Shown: positions 38,208 through 52,449 of the stretch, piece by piece | How positions within the stretch are numbered: the first letter of the stretch is position 1 | Layout of the letters: the number at the start of each line of letters is the position of its first letter | From: Raillietiella orientalis | Lineage: Eukaryota | Reading direction: 5' to 3' | DNA: 64,000 nt | Assembly: GCA_036172245.1 (NCBI GenBank) | Contig: JAYWIR010000010.1 | Span: 2,356,001 to 2,420,000 of the forward strand | The notes under the pieces: model-generated | Databases searched by the model: none | Seen by the model: the letters and a program-made list of their open reading frames with translations, nothing else | What the model was told of the DNA's origin: nothing | Program-made: the position numbers and the translations under genes

Positions 38208-41200
38208 ATGTCTGATAAGATAACTCGTAGGAAGATAAGTCTTGAATTGCCAAAACGAACAAGCGTATTTGATCGACTTGGAACCAAAAATCCTTTAACT
38301 GGGAAAAAAAAGTATGCTTTCATATTATGACTAAAGAAATTTATTTCATGTATTTATTGGATAAGTTCTAATAAAAAAAATATATCAAGCATTTATGCAA
38401 TAAATAATATGAATTCAACTACTTCAGGGATTCTGTATCATCTTTAAAAAAAAGTGTTCTTCCTGCAGAAAATTTAAGAATCAAGATTACAAGTGATGTT
38501 ACTAAAAAAGATTCTTCAACAATCAAGGTACAATTAGCATTAAATGGGTATTTATGTATCCGATGCTTGATGTATTTAGTTAGTGACAAAACCACAAAAA
38601 GAAGAAACAACACGACGTTTATTGTCTACTGTTAGTGTAGTGTCTATTTTGAAAAGTACACAAAGTCCCGATTTAGGCAGTTGGGAAAATTGGGATCAAA
38701 GGAAACTAGAGGAAGAAGATGAAAAGACATTAGAAAAAAAGCGTCAAATGCTTCAAAAGGAATTAGAAAGAGAGATGGCAACTACAAAGAAAGAACCCGA
38801 AAAACACAATAAAGAAAAGCGAGTAAGTCTCTTGTTTGTTTTTTATTCTGGATGATTGGTCCGCTCGTAAACTTTATTTTTGAAACTTTTTTCTGAATCT
38901 GTTGATCCATTTAAGAATAAATTTTTAATTGTGAAACAAGTTATCCATTAATTGCTTTAACTGAGCTAAATATACTTTTCAAACTGTAAGTAATGTGTTT
39001 TGAGGGAAATCACACATTTTACGATATCTCTTGATTTGGAGAATTATATTAGATGATTGACTTTACATACTCTGATTCTGCTAAATTTCCTTTTAAAAAA
39101 TTTTGGAAATTTCTGCTTATTATTAAATATATGGAACAGTAGTTTGTTGTTATGCATTTCCCTTTGCCATTTTACAACTGAATTGCTGTTGAGATTTCTT
39201 TTTTTCAAAAAAAAAAAATTATGCTACTTTGATTATTTTGGCTAAATGTCTCAGTGAATTCTGTGTGTGTGAGAGTGTCTGTTTTCCTTCAAAAGTACTT
39301 CAAATCAAAATTTCATTATGCACTGATTATTGATTGATGGAATTGTATTTTCCATAAATTTTGTCCAAGTTGTCATGCATAATTGGAAGTATGTTTTCAA
39401 TGTTTTTCATGCATTCCTTATGTTCTTTAGAAGTAGAATGATGTAACTTTTGTTGCTTGTATTGGTGCGAGTTTATTATCAGAACTTTTGAGGAATGATC
39501 CAGCTTCAACATCGTATTTGACAAAATTTATGTTTTGATTTTTGAAATAAGCAAAATAATGCTGAGTACTGTTCTTGGCTTTTTAAAAAAAACAAGATAT
39601 CAGTATTCCCAAAGGATTTTTTTCTATCATATTTTTGTTATTTCCTTGTAAAGTTTTTTATCGTGAATTTTGATTTTCATTGCAAAATGGCTTGAATGTC
39701 TGAAATAATTTTTTTTGCAAAAAATGCAATATAAATTTAACCCCAAGCTCTGGCTGTTTCTGTTTTCGTCTTTTTAAGCATATTTTTCTATGAATATAAG
39801 TAAATTTTTCAATATTCATCCAAACAGTTGGACAGTGGTGTGCAGTAATAAAATTAACAATGAAGGGGGAAAAGGAAGTCAGACATGATGTTAGAATGTT
39901 AGATATGATTACTCAGAAGTATAGCTAATCAATTCTTTGCTGGCATTTTCCAAAAAAAAAATAAACATCGATTGAAAAAAAAAATTAAACCTGCTGCATG
40001 TGAGAGAGAGAGAGTGTGAAAACAAACAAAAGAACGAAAAAAAAAATCAACTGGAGAAAACCGCTAGATCAAATACCTTTTTTTTTTTTTTTTCATTCCC
40101 CTGCTCCCTTCCCCCCCTTTTCAGGTGATCAGCAGAATAGAAACAATAATAAAAGATGTGAATAAGTTCCAAGTGTTTTGCCATTTAAATGTTAGCTTTC
40201 TGATCAAAACATGTTTACTGGTCATAGTAGATGTACGAGAATATTATTTATATCTGAAAAATAGAAAGAAGCAAGCCTATACAGATATTTCAAGTGCATC
40301 TAAAGTCCAATTATGAGAAAGTTCTTCTCTTATTTAAATGCAGATGCTCGTAATTTGAATGAGTGATGATAAGATGATTCAAAGAAGATAGGAATGGGAA
40401 TTTCAAGAGAAAAGCTTGAGATAAACAAGTACACAGTGAAATACATCTTTTAAGGTGTTACGCTCATCCACACTATTTTTATATATAGAAATGAGGATAA
40501 GATGCTTCACAAACTATGGTTCACAAACTTCAAACATAATTGATGAATCATAATCAAGAACCTTTAAAGATAAGATTAGAGACTTTAAGGTTGTGAAATA
40601 TTTGAAAGATGGAATCATCATTCAATTTAATCAAAAAAAAAAGCGAAAACATTAAAGTTTCTTGCATATCACAAAAACAGAATCAGAGTTGCACTTTTTC
40701 CAATCTCATGTTGTTAATGTAATCCTCAGTGTTTATTTGTGTTGTGAGACTTTTCTCTAGGAAAAACAAGTTTCTCAAAAACAAAGCATAGGAAGTGCAA
40801 ACTCAGGAACCAAATTTAAGCCAATATCATCTTTCAAGTCTTATAAACAGAACAAGGAGGAATAAATGTGGATAACATAAAACAGTAACAAACAATTTTA
40901 TGTTTTAAAGCTTTAGAAACAAAAAAATAGTCGTATTCTACCAGAGAGGTGCAACACTACATTGAAAGAACTTATCATTTTAAGAATTGTTCACTTTATC
41001 AAGGGGGCCTTCCATCTATAGAGATTCGTTTATTCATAAGTTTTTGAAAACTTTGAGGTAGAAAACAACTACAAAACAAGACATTGATATGTGGGCTGTG
41101 AAATTTTAAGGAATTATGACAAAATTGAAGTTGTGATGTTGAAAGAAAGTAGCAACTATTATAAAAGCAATAAAATTTTCTGATATTTACATAACACCCA

Positions 41201-44200
41201 AAGAAATTAGTAAAATATTGATAGATAAGCCATAATATTGTAGCATAAAGTGATAATTTTGTATAAGGTACACATTAAGAAACATATGCAGTAAGGACAG
41301 TAACTTAGGAAATACAAACTATATTTATGAGAACCAGGAAATGGTAATTGACAGGAAAATTTTCAAGTATCTGATAACAGAATTTAAGCATGTTAAAGTA
41401 AATGGTAGTTAATGTGATTTTGTTGCAAATAACCACTTGCATTTATTGTATAAAATACCTGGATTCATCAACAAATTCAAAAACTAAATTAAATAAATGA
41501 TATTGTAGACATTAGTATTAATAAAATTGGTTGCTTGGAACTCATGAGACTTATTGTATGAGCTGTTATTCTGTTTTGTATGTTTACCAGATAGATATTA
41601 GATTGGGTCATAGAGAAAAATTGAACTTGACAATATAATGGTTATAAAGCAAAATTTTTGAACTTCGAAACCCTTAAGTAAACACTTATTAAAATGAAGA
41701 CCGAATTTTTTTGAAGCATGAGTCCACAAGAATATACAGGAAGAAAAGCAAGTTGACTAGGCTTTAGATGGTAGCAGATTCAGAGGTCTAATTTTGCATA
41801 TTTTATAAGATAGCAGTTAAAATTACTACTGTTATTATGAGTTCTTTGTTTTCTAAACAGTTCCTTTGTAGAAATTTGATTCACTTACTGGCTTAAATGA
41901 TTGAATTCACTACTTAATGGTTTTTTTTCCCAGTGTTTTTATTTTATGTTGGAGATCATTTTACATGGTTCTCAAAAAGTTGTGAATGTGTCATCCTTTA
42001 TGTATGTGATGAGTTTTATTTATCATTGGCTTCAGCCATTAATATTTATGTTATTGATACATTTATGAATTCGTTTTTTGTAATTAGTAATTAATGAAAT
42101 GCTTTAATTACGCGTTTTTCTAGAATGGAAAGTAAACTCTAATCATATAAAATTTGTTTGAAATATTTTTGATGGTTTTAATTTTTGTGGTTTTGTATTG
42201 GTAAGTTGATGATCATTTTGATTTTCTCATTTAATCATTATTGTGTCTCATGTAATTGATAGAATTGACCTTTTGAGTAAATTTTTGTGTAGGATGTGTA
42301 TTACATATGTTTTGCATAGATTAGTTTAGATATCCAATATTATTGCTGCCGAATATTTTAAATGTCGATTATTAGAAACCTTGTTTCAAAATGGTCAATT
42401 TAGAGCAAATGTTCACTTTGGATGTTGCATTACATATAACCATTAATTGATTGAACTGTTCATTAAATAAATTTAAAAAAAAATTGCTATCCTTGTGGAA
42501 GGATTCAATTACTTCAGAAATGGCAGCTTGTTTATGATTACAAACTTAGTTGACGATATCAGCAATTAAAACTAAAAGTGAGTGATGTGACAAGTCTGTT
42601 TGTTAGCCAGAATATACAGCTAGTATCTGATAAACATGATAATTATAGAAACTTTGTCAACAAAAATTGTATTAACTGTTTATTACTATAGTTCTGATTT
42701 GTCCTCTGTGCTGAAAATTAAGTTAAGTCACTTCATTAAGTTTATCCCATTGTTGATGTTTATCTCACTGCTGAAAATTATTTATACTTATTTTTGCAGT
42801 TCTCCAAGACTTGTAGAATTTTCATTTTCTGTATTCTTCATAGTATCCAAGTCATTTAATTTTGTATGTTTGTTTTTAATCACCTTAACTCTTATTATTG
42901 ATCTTATTAACATATTGGATTCCATTCATTTTATATCACTTTGATGTAAAATAAATTAAAACGATCCAAACCTAATTGGAAGTATTCAAATAATTACTGT
43001 TGATTAAGCAATAATTATTGTTGATTAAGCAGTTTTGGAGGCAAATTACGTTTTTATCCTGGCTGATGAACAATGCCAGTGTGGTTTGATGGACTGCATT
43101 TTGGATGAATGAAAATGTTCATGAAGTACTAGAAGCAATTATTTAATTAATGTCTCGAAACTTGCTTCCGTATTTATATATTCACATGTCCATGTCTATG
43201 GAGAAATCACTTTTACATCAACTCAGTGTCAAGGATTTATGACAAATGTCGTTTATTGATTGCTGTCTAATTTTTTCGACTTGTATCATTACACATATGT
43301 GCTCATGTAGAATTATGGATTTCTCATGTAATGAAAGCATTTTTTGAATTTACCTAACTTTTATGCATAAAATTGCTACATTAAAAATTCTGTTAATATT
43401 TGGGTTATAAGTTTTATTTTTTGCTGGAAAGCTTTCATGTCTAATATATAAATAAATTTAAGTTGGTTCTTTCAATAATTTTAAGATTATATGCCTTTGA
43501 TTGTGTCCTATTGCTGAACAAAGTGGCACACTGATTACTGATTTATTTAAGCTTATAAAAGTGAATGTATTAGTAGCTGTTTTTTCACAGATATTGAAAA
43601 CAATTTGACATTAAGATAATAAATGAAATTCGTAAAATGGAAAAATTCCAGTGCATGAATCATGGAGTTAAATGTAGAGACTTTGTAAGTTGAAATCAAA
43701 AAAATCTAACTAATGAATAGATTGTAAAACTCATGTTAAAAAGGTATCACAATCGTGCCAATGTCGATGTTATAAAACAAATTACTTCTTTACAGTTAAC
43801 CAAGGCTGCTACAAAAGTCAGTTCATAACCTTTGGGTCATATTCTCTCACAGTGCTTTGATTTTCACATTTTCTGTGATTATTTGACATTTTGCGAATTG
43901 TGTAAAAAGCCACATAAAGATGTGAAAATGGATGGATACTTTGACATTTTTTACACAATTGCCATTTTCATTTCTATAAAGAAATTGCGGGATGTTTAAA
44001 ATGTAAAGAAACTGTTGATTGCTGTACAACTTATTCAGTACAATCTTGTACAGCTATAGTTTTAGGAAGTATATTTTACTATTTGAGTAAGAAACATGAT
44101 TGCTGTGCGGTTGATTGCATTCAGCTTTAAGAAACCTTTAAAGCATAGCAGTTTCTTGAAAAGCACTTCGAGCCAGAAATATCTAAGGATTGCGAAATTA

Positions 44201-47200
44201 TACATTCAGTTACGTGATACCAATAGCCTTTTTTTTGCTGTGGTAGCTCCTTAAGACAACTAACACAGTTAATTCTAAGTTTTTGTTAAACAATTGATAA
44301 AATCTTTGACTTCAGTATGTGGAAATCAAGTCCCTGTTCTCGCATTGTTAATTGTCTTCGAAAAATTGAGAAACGTTGAATTTCATTTTAAAATCAAGTT
44401 TGTTTGTGTGTTTGCAGTTATAAATGCATTAAAAATTCTTGGATGTCCATATAAGCAGAATGGCAATTTGTTTTTGAAAGTTTTGTAGATCAGTAAATTT
44501 GTTTCATATGAATTTCGTGTAAGATATGCAATTATGAGAAATATGGATGTTCTTTTTATCGATTTAGGCTCCAAGTAGCAGTTCTTCTACAAGTACTACT
44601 AGTAGTTATTCTTCAGATTCTTCTTCAACAGATAGCTCGATAGAAAATACGAGCTCTTCTGAAAGTTCTGAGCATGCACACAATACAACAAGTCTCAGCA
44701 CAAGTAGATATAAAACTGAATCCAAAAAACCTCAGAGTAGGATTGTAAACAAAAGACAATCGAGTTCATCCAGTAGTGATCATAAAAAAACCAAAGACAA
44801 GAAAAGTAATGAAAGCAGGTATTAATAATTGATTTCTCTCTCGTAGATTATATGTAATTTTGTATCACTTAGCAAAAAGTCTTCTGTACCTGAAAAGGCA
44901 CATAAACACAAATCAGCAGTGCCAAGAAAGGAGAATCCTGTAAAGACTTCGAAAACGTCATCACAAAATAAAGAAAAACCAAAAGATAAGAAAGCAGCCG
45001 AAAAAATTGTATTTTTACCACAAGGATCAACAAAATCAAATGTCAAATCGTCAGAAAGTAGGAAAAGAGAATCCAGTACACATGTGCGTTCGCCCTTGTG
45101 TAAACATCGAAGATCAGCTTCACCAAATTTCAAAAAACTCTCCAATAAATCTGCATCCAGCCCAAAGGGTATGTTAGAATACATTGATAAATTTTATGTT
45201 TATAATTCAGCATCAGTCAAAAGTCATAAAGAAGTAAATTCTGGAACAAGGAATTGTAATTTCAAAGATTCATCTACAAAAACCAGAACTACAGGAAGGA
45301 GAAGTGAGGTATCTTCCAGAAATAGAGAAAGACAAAGGTGAGATTTAATGAATGCACATTTGTTTCAAACTTAATCTTCTGAAAGCTTGGACCAACAAAG
45401 AAGAAATTCTTCACTATCACATCAGTCAGCTCAAGAAAGGCGAATTCAGAAGTAGGTTAACATTTACTATGGGAAAATGAGCTTCAGCAAATGAAATTAG
45501 TTGAAAGATTCAATATTTGAACCATCTTTTTCGAACCCTTTTTCTTACAATATGTCTCGTTTTTTTGTTTGCTCCTTGAAATATGTGTGAGAAACAAACC
45601 ATTTTGGTTTAAAGCAATGTATTAATGATAATTAACCTCCGCCAGAACATTACTTTTTCTGTTTCATTGAAAATTATTGCTGCTATTCCTGTTGAACACA
45701 AAGTAGATCAATTGTAAACTCATTTTGAGTCATGGTCATTTATATGCAATTGTAATTTTAATTGTGTGTAATTTTAATCTTAGTAAATTGTGGCCTTATT
45801 TTCAAAAATTAAAAGCTACTAGTCAACAAGCTCTTTATGGTTATGATCAATGAGTGCTCGTTTAAAGAACTGCATTGTTTTTAGAATATAATCTTTTACT
45901 TTAATTTCCTGATTTGATTATCAGGTCTAATGTTATTTTATTCAATTCCAGTCATTTTTCCTAAAATAGTACTGCTCACAGCCTTGGGAAAAATGATCGA
46001 GATCTCTCATATTTTCTGAGTTTCACTGTAGACTAATTGACCATTGGTGTTAATAGCATATGATGAATGGGGTGAAAGCAATATTGTATTGTGTGTATTC
46101 CTGTTTAATTTAAAAATTTTCCTCCTAAAATGCAAATTTTTGGTTAAAATTTGATTTTTTTTTTGAGACATGATGGTTGTTTAATTGTTTTTTTTAATGA
46201 TTATGTTTCAAATCATTTAAAAGAAATAATTACTTTGATTCTTCTGAAAATCCAAAAGTGGTCATCAGATAATTTTGATATAACAAAGTGCTATTTTGCT
46301 CCATTCTATTGTCATTTCAAGAACGAATTTGTAAGCGCAAATTTTGAATCTGTAAGTAATTCATGTTTCAGTTTTTTATGATCATTGGTTCCCTATGTAG
46401 AGATCAAAAATGGGTGTGCACTAAAAATAATACGTGGAATCACAGAAGAATCTATTTTGAAGTATTGAGATTAGTTTACAACAAATAAGATCGTGCTATA
46501 AAATATGAATTGAAACTATTTTTAGAATTCATTTTTATTGTTTACAGCACTTTTGAAATCGCTGTTGTAATGTGTTTTATATTATCCTAAATAGAATGAA
46601 CATCCAAAGTAAACTGTCACTGCTTTTAGAGGATTCATTCTTTAATGATGTAAGTTAGCAAAGCCAATGAATGTTTGAATTAGGCAATTGTAGAAATTAC
46701 TTTAGAATTGACTAATTCATTCAATTTCTTATGGTTGTCAAAATCAATCGATCAATCAATCAATTTTATTTTAGTATTTTAGTGTTTTTCCATGTATTTT
46801 AAAGTTGTGCAAAATTTATCATTTTTTATAATTTGTTTCTTTTCTTGGAGGTGAAACTTATAATGTGTAGTTTTTCTGAAGCTAAAAATGTGTCTGGCAT
46901 TCTATTCTTCGTTTATATTTAAATTTTGTTCGAATATTTTAAATCAGTAAATTTTATCATTGAGGTGAAACCTTACTGAACCTCATAAATATACTTGTTA
47001 AATGAACTTTATAATTTGTTCACTGTGGTTAAAAAAAAAAAAAACCATTTCAATGTGGTTATTTTACATTGTATGTTTCATGCCAATTGTGTACATTACA
47101 CAAAGGTTGTTTTCGTGGCATGCATGTGATCAGAATTTGGAACAATAACAGATTAATAACTTAATTTGAGTCTTGCCATGCTTTGATTCTTTGTTGCTGC

Positions 47201-49292
47201 CACTCCAAATTTTTTGCATTGTTAAATTCCTTAACAATTTATTATTTATTTCAATTGAAACGTGTTTGGACATAGGGACTCTGACAGCCGAGATAGGAAA
47301 AGTCATTGTGATAGCAGAACAAATGCATTTGTTGACCGCAGTAGTAATAGAAAAGAATCTGATTATCATAAGCATAGTTCCTTGGATAAAGATAGTCATG
47401 ATGCCCGTAGAGATCGTGATCACAGTAGGATCAGAGCATCTAGTCTAGAAAGAAAAGAAAATTGGAAATTCAAGTCTGAGGTTTGTGTTACAAAAATTGG
47501 ACTGGACTAAAACTTATGGCCTTTAGAGTAGGAGGAATGCAGATTCTTCAGGTTCCATGCGTTCTGGCTATGAAGACTATAGAAGTATGTCATTTGAATG
47601 TTTCAAATTCTAGTAAATATCTCTTATTAGATCATGATTACTCTTCTGTGGAATGTGGCTTCTCTAGACATAGAGGAGAAAATGATGCACGATCAAATTA
47701 TGAAAGTGCTTATAACAGATATGGTTTGTGATAATATTGAAGACATATATGTATCTTTGTTTTAGCTGATGATGTTTCTTGGTCCTATGTAGATTGTGAC
47801 CGGATGAGGATGTTTGACACATATCGAAATGACAGAAGAAGAGATGAGGATTGGGCTCGTCCAAGATCAGTGGTGCCATCTTTGCTGACATTAGATGTGC
47901 GGAACAATAAATTCAGGTTATAGAGTAGCTACATTAAATAAGTATACATGTCATTCTTAGGAGGGAATGGGAATTTTCTAGCAGCTTATTCTCACGTAGT
48001 AGAGTCCGATCTCATGAAGGACCACTGAAAGGAAGATTACGCCAAGATAAACGCCCAACCACAATTATGCCTGTTGTGCCTTCTCTGATGGATATTGAAG
48101 TTACACCACCAATTACAACGGAAGCCCAGTCTATTTTATTAACAGATAAAGAGAGAGGAAAATGGGATTTTCTTTCTCAGTATAGAGCTTGGGAGAAACG
48201 AAGTGATAAGAAGAATTTTTCTAGTGACACCAAAACGTAGTAGAAATGGCATGAAATTGTTTGCTGTACAGTTTTTTATTTTAGTTCCAAAGAAGGATTT
48301 CGAAACAAAACGAGTCATGCTGAGAATGCACGTTTTCATGAAGAAAGCAAAGAACTTTTTATGGAAGAGGAAAGATTTTCCGACATATCTGACGATGCAG
48401 ACGACATTCTTAATAGAGATGAGGTAAAGAAATTTTTTATTCTGCAATTATAAATATTTTTGTAGTCAGAGGAAGCTAAAACTCTGGATTGTGCAGAATT
48501 AAAAGCAGATAATGAACGGAATAAAAAAGAAGAGAAGTAAGTGATTAATTGCAATAATTTTAATAATCGATACGTGTAGACCAAGTGACCATGAGGAAAT
48601 GTGGGAAAGTATGGATTTCGAGGAAATTTCTGATGATGAACAGTTTGAGGAAGATATGCAAAAATCTAGTAATGCCTGGGTTAACTTTTTTAGTGTATGT
48701 AAATGTGCTCTTGATTTTTAGGCATAGTAGATGCTCTAGAAGTAGACTGGGCCAGCCTAATCAACACTACACGTCAATCAGAAACCATAAAGCCTTCAAA
48801 TACTGTTTTGAAGCGTTTCTCACCAGGCAATATATTTTGTAAATTAGGTGTATCTGCTGATTTAATAGAACCTGAACTCTTGAGTCGAGTATGCATAACT
48901 TGCAGTGAAGGATCTGGTTTGTGCCATAACCAAATTCCAAACAACTACAACTCTTTTTTAACAGACAGTAGTGAAAAAGATTCATTTGCATTTAAACACA
49001 GATTTGGAGCCCTTCATGCTGCTATAATAGATAAAGTACTTAAAAGGAAAGAACTTTTTTCAGATGTTGGTCCTTATCGTCAGGCATTATGTGCTAAACA
49101 AGACTTGTTAATCAGGTAATTGGAATTTTTGATACAAGCTGATACTTTATTGCATCTTTGCTTTCCATTGCTAGAAAAAAGTTATGTCACATTCCTGAAA
49201 AAGATCTGGGATTTGATACAGTTGTATCCTCCATAGATGCAGATTTGATTAAATATAGCATACATCTGTTAAAATTAAGAGTAAATGTATAA
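38208..49292 (+). CDS. ZC3H13: ZC3H13/Flacc, m6A writer-complex scaffold
   Basis: N-terminus MSDKITRRKISLE..RTSVFDRLG; LEKKRQMLQKELE; Ser/Arg/Asp-rich middle; C-terminus DFEEISDDE..DALEVDWASL..RFSPG..LGVS..FGALHAA...GPYRQALCAKQDLLIRKKL. Exons include 38208-38311, 38428-38527, 38580-38822, 44568-44818, 44873-45168, 45211-45337, several at ~45387-48669 (approximate), 48722-49115, 49175-49292. Confidence 0.88.
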
Positions 49293-51229
49293 ATATAAAT
49301 GAAATTCATGATAACTAATTCTGTTATTTATAAGTTTATTCTCCCATAATTAAATATAGAATCAGTTTCCTGTGTTTCTTGTGCATTACTAATGACATGT
49401 TTGATATTGTAATTCACTTCCATGATCCTGTACCATTTGGTAAATTGAAGTATTATTACTTGATCTCTTTTGCTGAATATACTTCTCCATGTGAGCCCTT
49501 AATTCTCTTTAATAATAATCATCGAAATGATTGGAAGAGTTTGTGCTTATGTTGGACATCAGGCCACTCTTGTTATTTGTGATTTTTATAAAGAGTATTT
49601 TTTTTATGCTTACAGTACTTGCAAAAACTTTGATTGTCAAATCTGATAAACAGAAACAAATTAAAAGAAATTTTTAGAAAACATTCATTCACTTTTGTGA
49701 TTTATTCATTGATGAAACAGTGGTAAATAAATATTTGCATCTGTTTTATTTTCCATTCTTCTCTGGAAGCATATTCTGTAATAGCATGTAAGTTATATGA
49801 TTCAGTCATAATAGCAACTGGTACATGGATTTAGCATCATAGAATTGCTTAAATAGTGAATTTAGAACAATCAATTAGAGCATAGAGGAAACGTGTTCAA
49901 AACTGATTCAGCCATGTGAAGCCCATGCAGAACAGAAACTTTACTTCAACATTTAAAGATTCCGAAGTTGATGTTAATTCACTCATAAGTGTGGATCACT
50001 TGGCATACACTTTGTATTTCATTGAAGGCATTTCTCGGATCATGAAATAATAATAAAATCAACACTGGGTTAGATGCACAGTAATCCATTGATGTATTCA
50101 AATGTACTGCACTGAAACATTTCATTTGATACATTAGAAGTATCATTCGATACATTATTATACCTTTTCGTTTATCAATTCGATACATTAGAAGCAAATT
50201 TCATTTTGTTCCCCAATCTGTTGATCTTGAACAGCTTTCGAAAATTGTGATTTGTGATACTCTTGGCCAACATTTATGTAAAAGTTTGCATGCGCTGTGC
50301 AGATTCTCAAAATGAGCACAAGGCACCTTAGCTTAATTGTTTAGGCATGCAAATTTTGGATATGAATTGGTTGTCTTTAAACATGTAACTTTTCGTATTC
50401 TTTAGAAGGAATTCTTTTCCCCTAGTTTTGAATTACCAGCTTGAAAGTCCCCTATATTACATTCATGCATTGAAGAGTATCGGTTTGCCAAGTTTTAAGT
50501 GAAAGCGCACTTTCCGTATTTTTTATATCGAAATACCCTTTGATGCTCGCACTTTATCAATTTCAACATCTTATAACCCACGTACATCGTTTCTCTTGTG
50601 CATACCCGTTCCGTACCAAAAGCAAAATTTGGATCGGTTCGATTCATTGAAACTTGGCTCAACAGATGACTTTTCCATTTGCTGTTTTCTCACAGGCAAG
50701 GTCGAACCTTACTCATTGCACTTACACGTGATGATTCGAACGAAAAGGTCAGTTTTAAAGACTGCATATTCACAGAACAGAGGCCAAATTTTCATCAAGC
50801 ACCTACCGCTGAATCCTGGTAAAACACCAACGGCCGTTTTTTTTTTTTTTTTTTTTTTCGGTAAATGAACGTTCCGTTTCGGTGTAAGTGCAGTTTTTTG
50901 ACGCATATCCTACACGACACACAACATTAAGGTGAGTTTCTCAACGTTTCGGCCAGCACCACGCTGTCGGTGTGTGGAGCAGGAAAAGAAGGTTCGTCGT
51001 TGCCGTAAAACATTTGCTTACTTTGTATGTGTGGCGGGGAACGTCCGCAGACGAACCGTCGATTGCATTTTCAAGCGCTTCATCACGCCAGGATTTGGAC
51101 GCTTCGATTAGCGAATGGGGCGGGTGCTAACGCATGGCCTTTTTTTTTTTTTTTTTTTTTTTTGCAAAACGGATACACTTCGAACTTGCAGGTTTCTCAT
51201 TACTTTTCCATGTATGCGGTCTTCGCTAG

Positions 51230-51640
51230 AAGGTGAAAGGCACACGTTATGAATTTGCACAGCCAGAAGGTGACCATTCTAGTAAAGAACCATCGAGAGT
51301 CATGCAAACTCCGTGGTCGAACCGAAATGATGACTCGCTGAGTACGGTTGCTTTCCCGAAGATTCCTTCCCCCGTGGAATGCCATGCAAGTGCAAACCGG
51401 AAGTGGTTCGAAAACCGAGTACGAACGTCTTCGAACAGCGGGAAGCGCACGGTGCCTTTCGCAGCTGACCACTTGAGACCGCTCTGGCAGCCACCACTGC
51501 AGAATGCTGCTGAAAATTGCCCTAAACGTTCCCAGATCCACGGATGCCTCGGGAATTCGCCCGTTCCTTTCCGCCATTATTCTTCAGGCCAAGTTTATCC
51601 CCTCGGGAAGTTCGGGTAGTTCCTTCCTACCAACTTTGCT
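51230..51640 (+). mobile_element. LINE reverse-transcriptase fragment (domains 4-6)
   Basis: NRNDDSLSTVAF (cf. RQGDxLSxxLF), VPFAADH (cf. YADD), frameshifted DASG (ASGxxN), in the correct order. Confidence 0.5.
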
Positions 51641-52449
51641 GCTGCATCCATGACGTAATGACACAGCGCAGACCGACTGAAATGATAAACAAATTTGAAT
51701 CGTGAGCCACTTACCACACCTTGTGGTTTCCTTTCTGATGCGTATTGTGAAGTCGAACTCTACGGAAAGGTTTGTTTGCGGATAATGGTGATTTGTGGTA
51801 TCGTAGATGTTTGGTTTGTATAAGGCGTTGGCTGAGGTAATAGTCGTAGATGTGGGCTTGTGCGTTGTGCGTTGGAATGAAGCTGGTGATCATAAGAGTA
51901 GGGTGGTTGGAATTTGGGATCACAGATATTTGTTATTGGTAAGAAATGTATACCTTTCTAAGTTGTGTTTTGTAGCTGGGACTCTGTAGAATGAAGAAAA
52001 GAAGCGTTTTTTGTGTTGGTCTGTTGTTGTGATCATGGTGTGGGGCCAACGTCGGAAGAGGAAGGCCAATCCGATTGAACTTCTCTTTCAGCTCAGTTCT
52101 TCATCTGAACTTCTTCTCTGAATGCTTCTATGGTGAAGTGATGTATCCTTAGTGGCAATTTTATTGAGGCTTCAAATATTGCTTTAAGCACTTGAAACTC
52201 GAGGGCCCAACTTGGTAGCGTTTCCCAGTGTGTGGTGAAACGAAATGTAGGAATTCAAAAGATTCCTTGTTTGAGTTTATGTCAAGGACACCAGAATTCT
52301 GGGAACTCATTCACTTCCTTCTATGGATTTCACCCATTAAATAGTTCACATTAGAATGCCGTCACATCAACATGTTTATGATTTTTTTCACTTATATTAA
52401 ACACAGATGTAATTGATGATAGTCGAAGCGTCCCTTTTTTTTTTTTTTT

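Noticed and set aside
36471..44574. Hydrophobic Phe/Ile/Leu-rich short ORFs such as 36471, 37040 and 42636
   Set aside because: Typical of AT-rich intronic or intergenic DNA; no recognisable domain or splice support.
50126..50195. Short direct repeats (gatacattagaag; also 1699-1726 and ~42998-43031)
   Set aside because: Two or three copies, consistent with replication slippage; no array structure.
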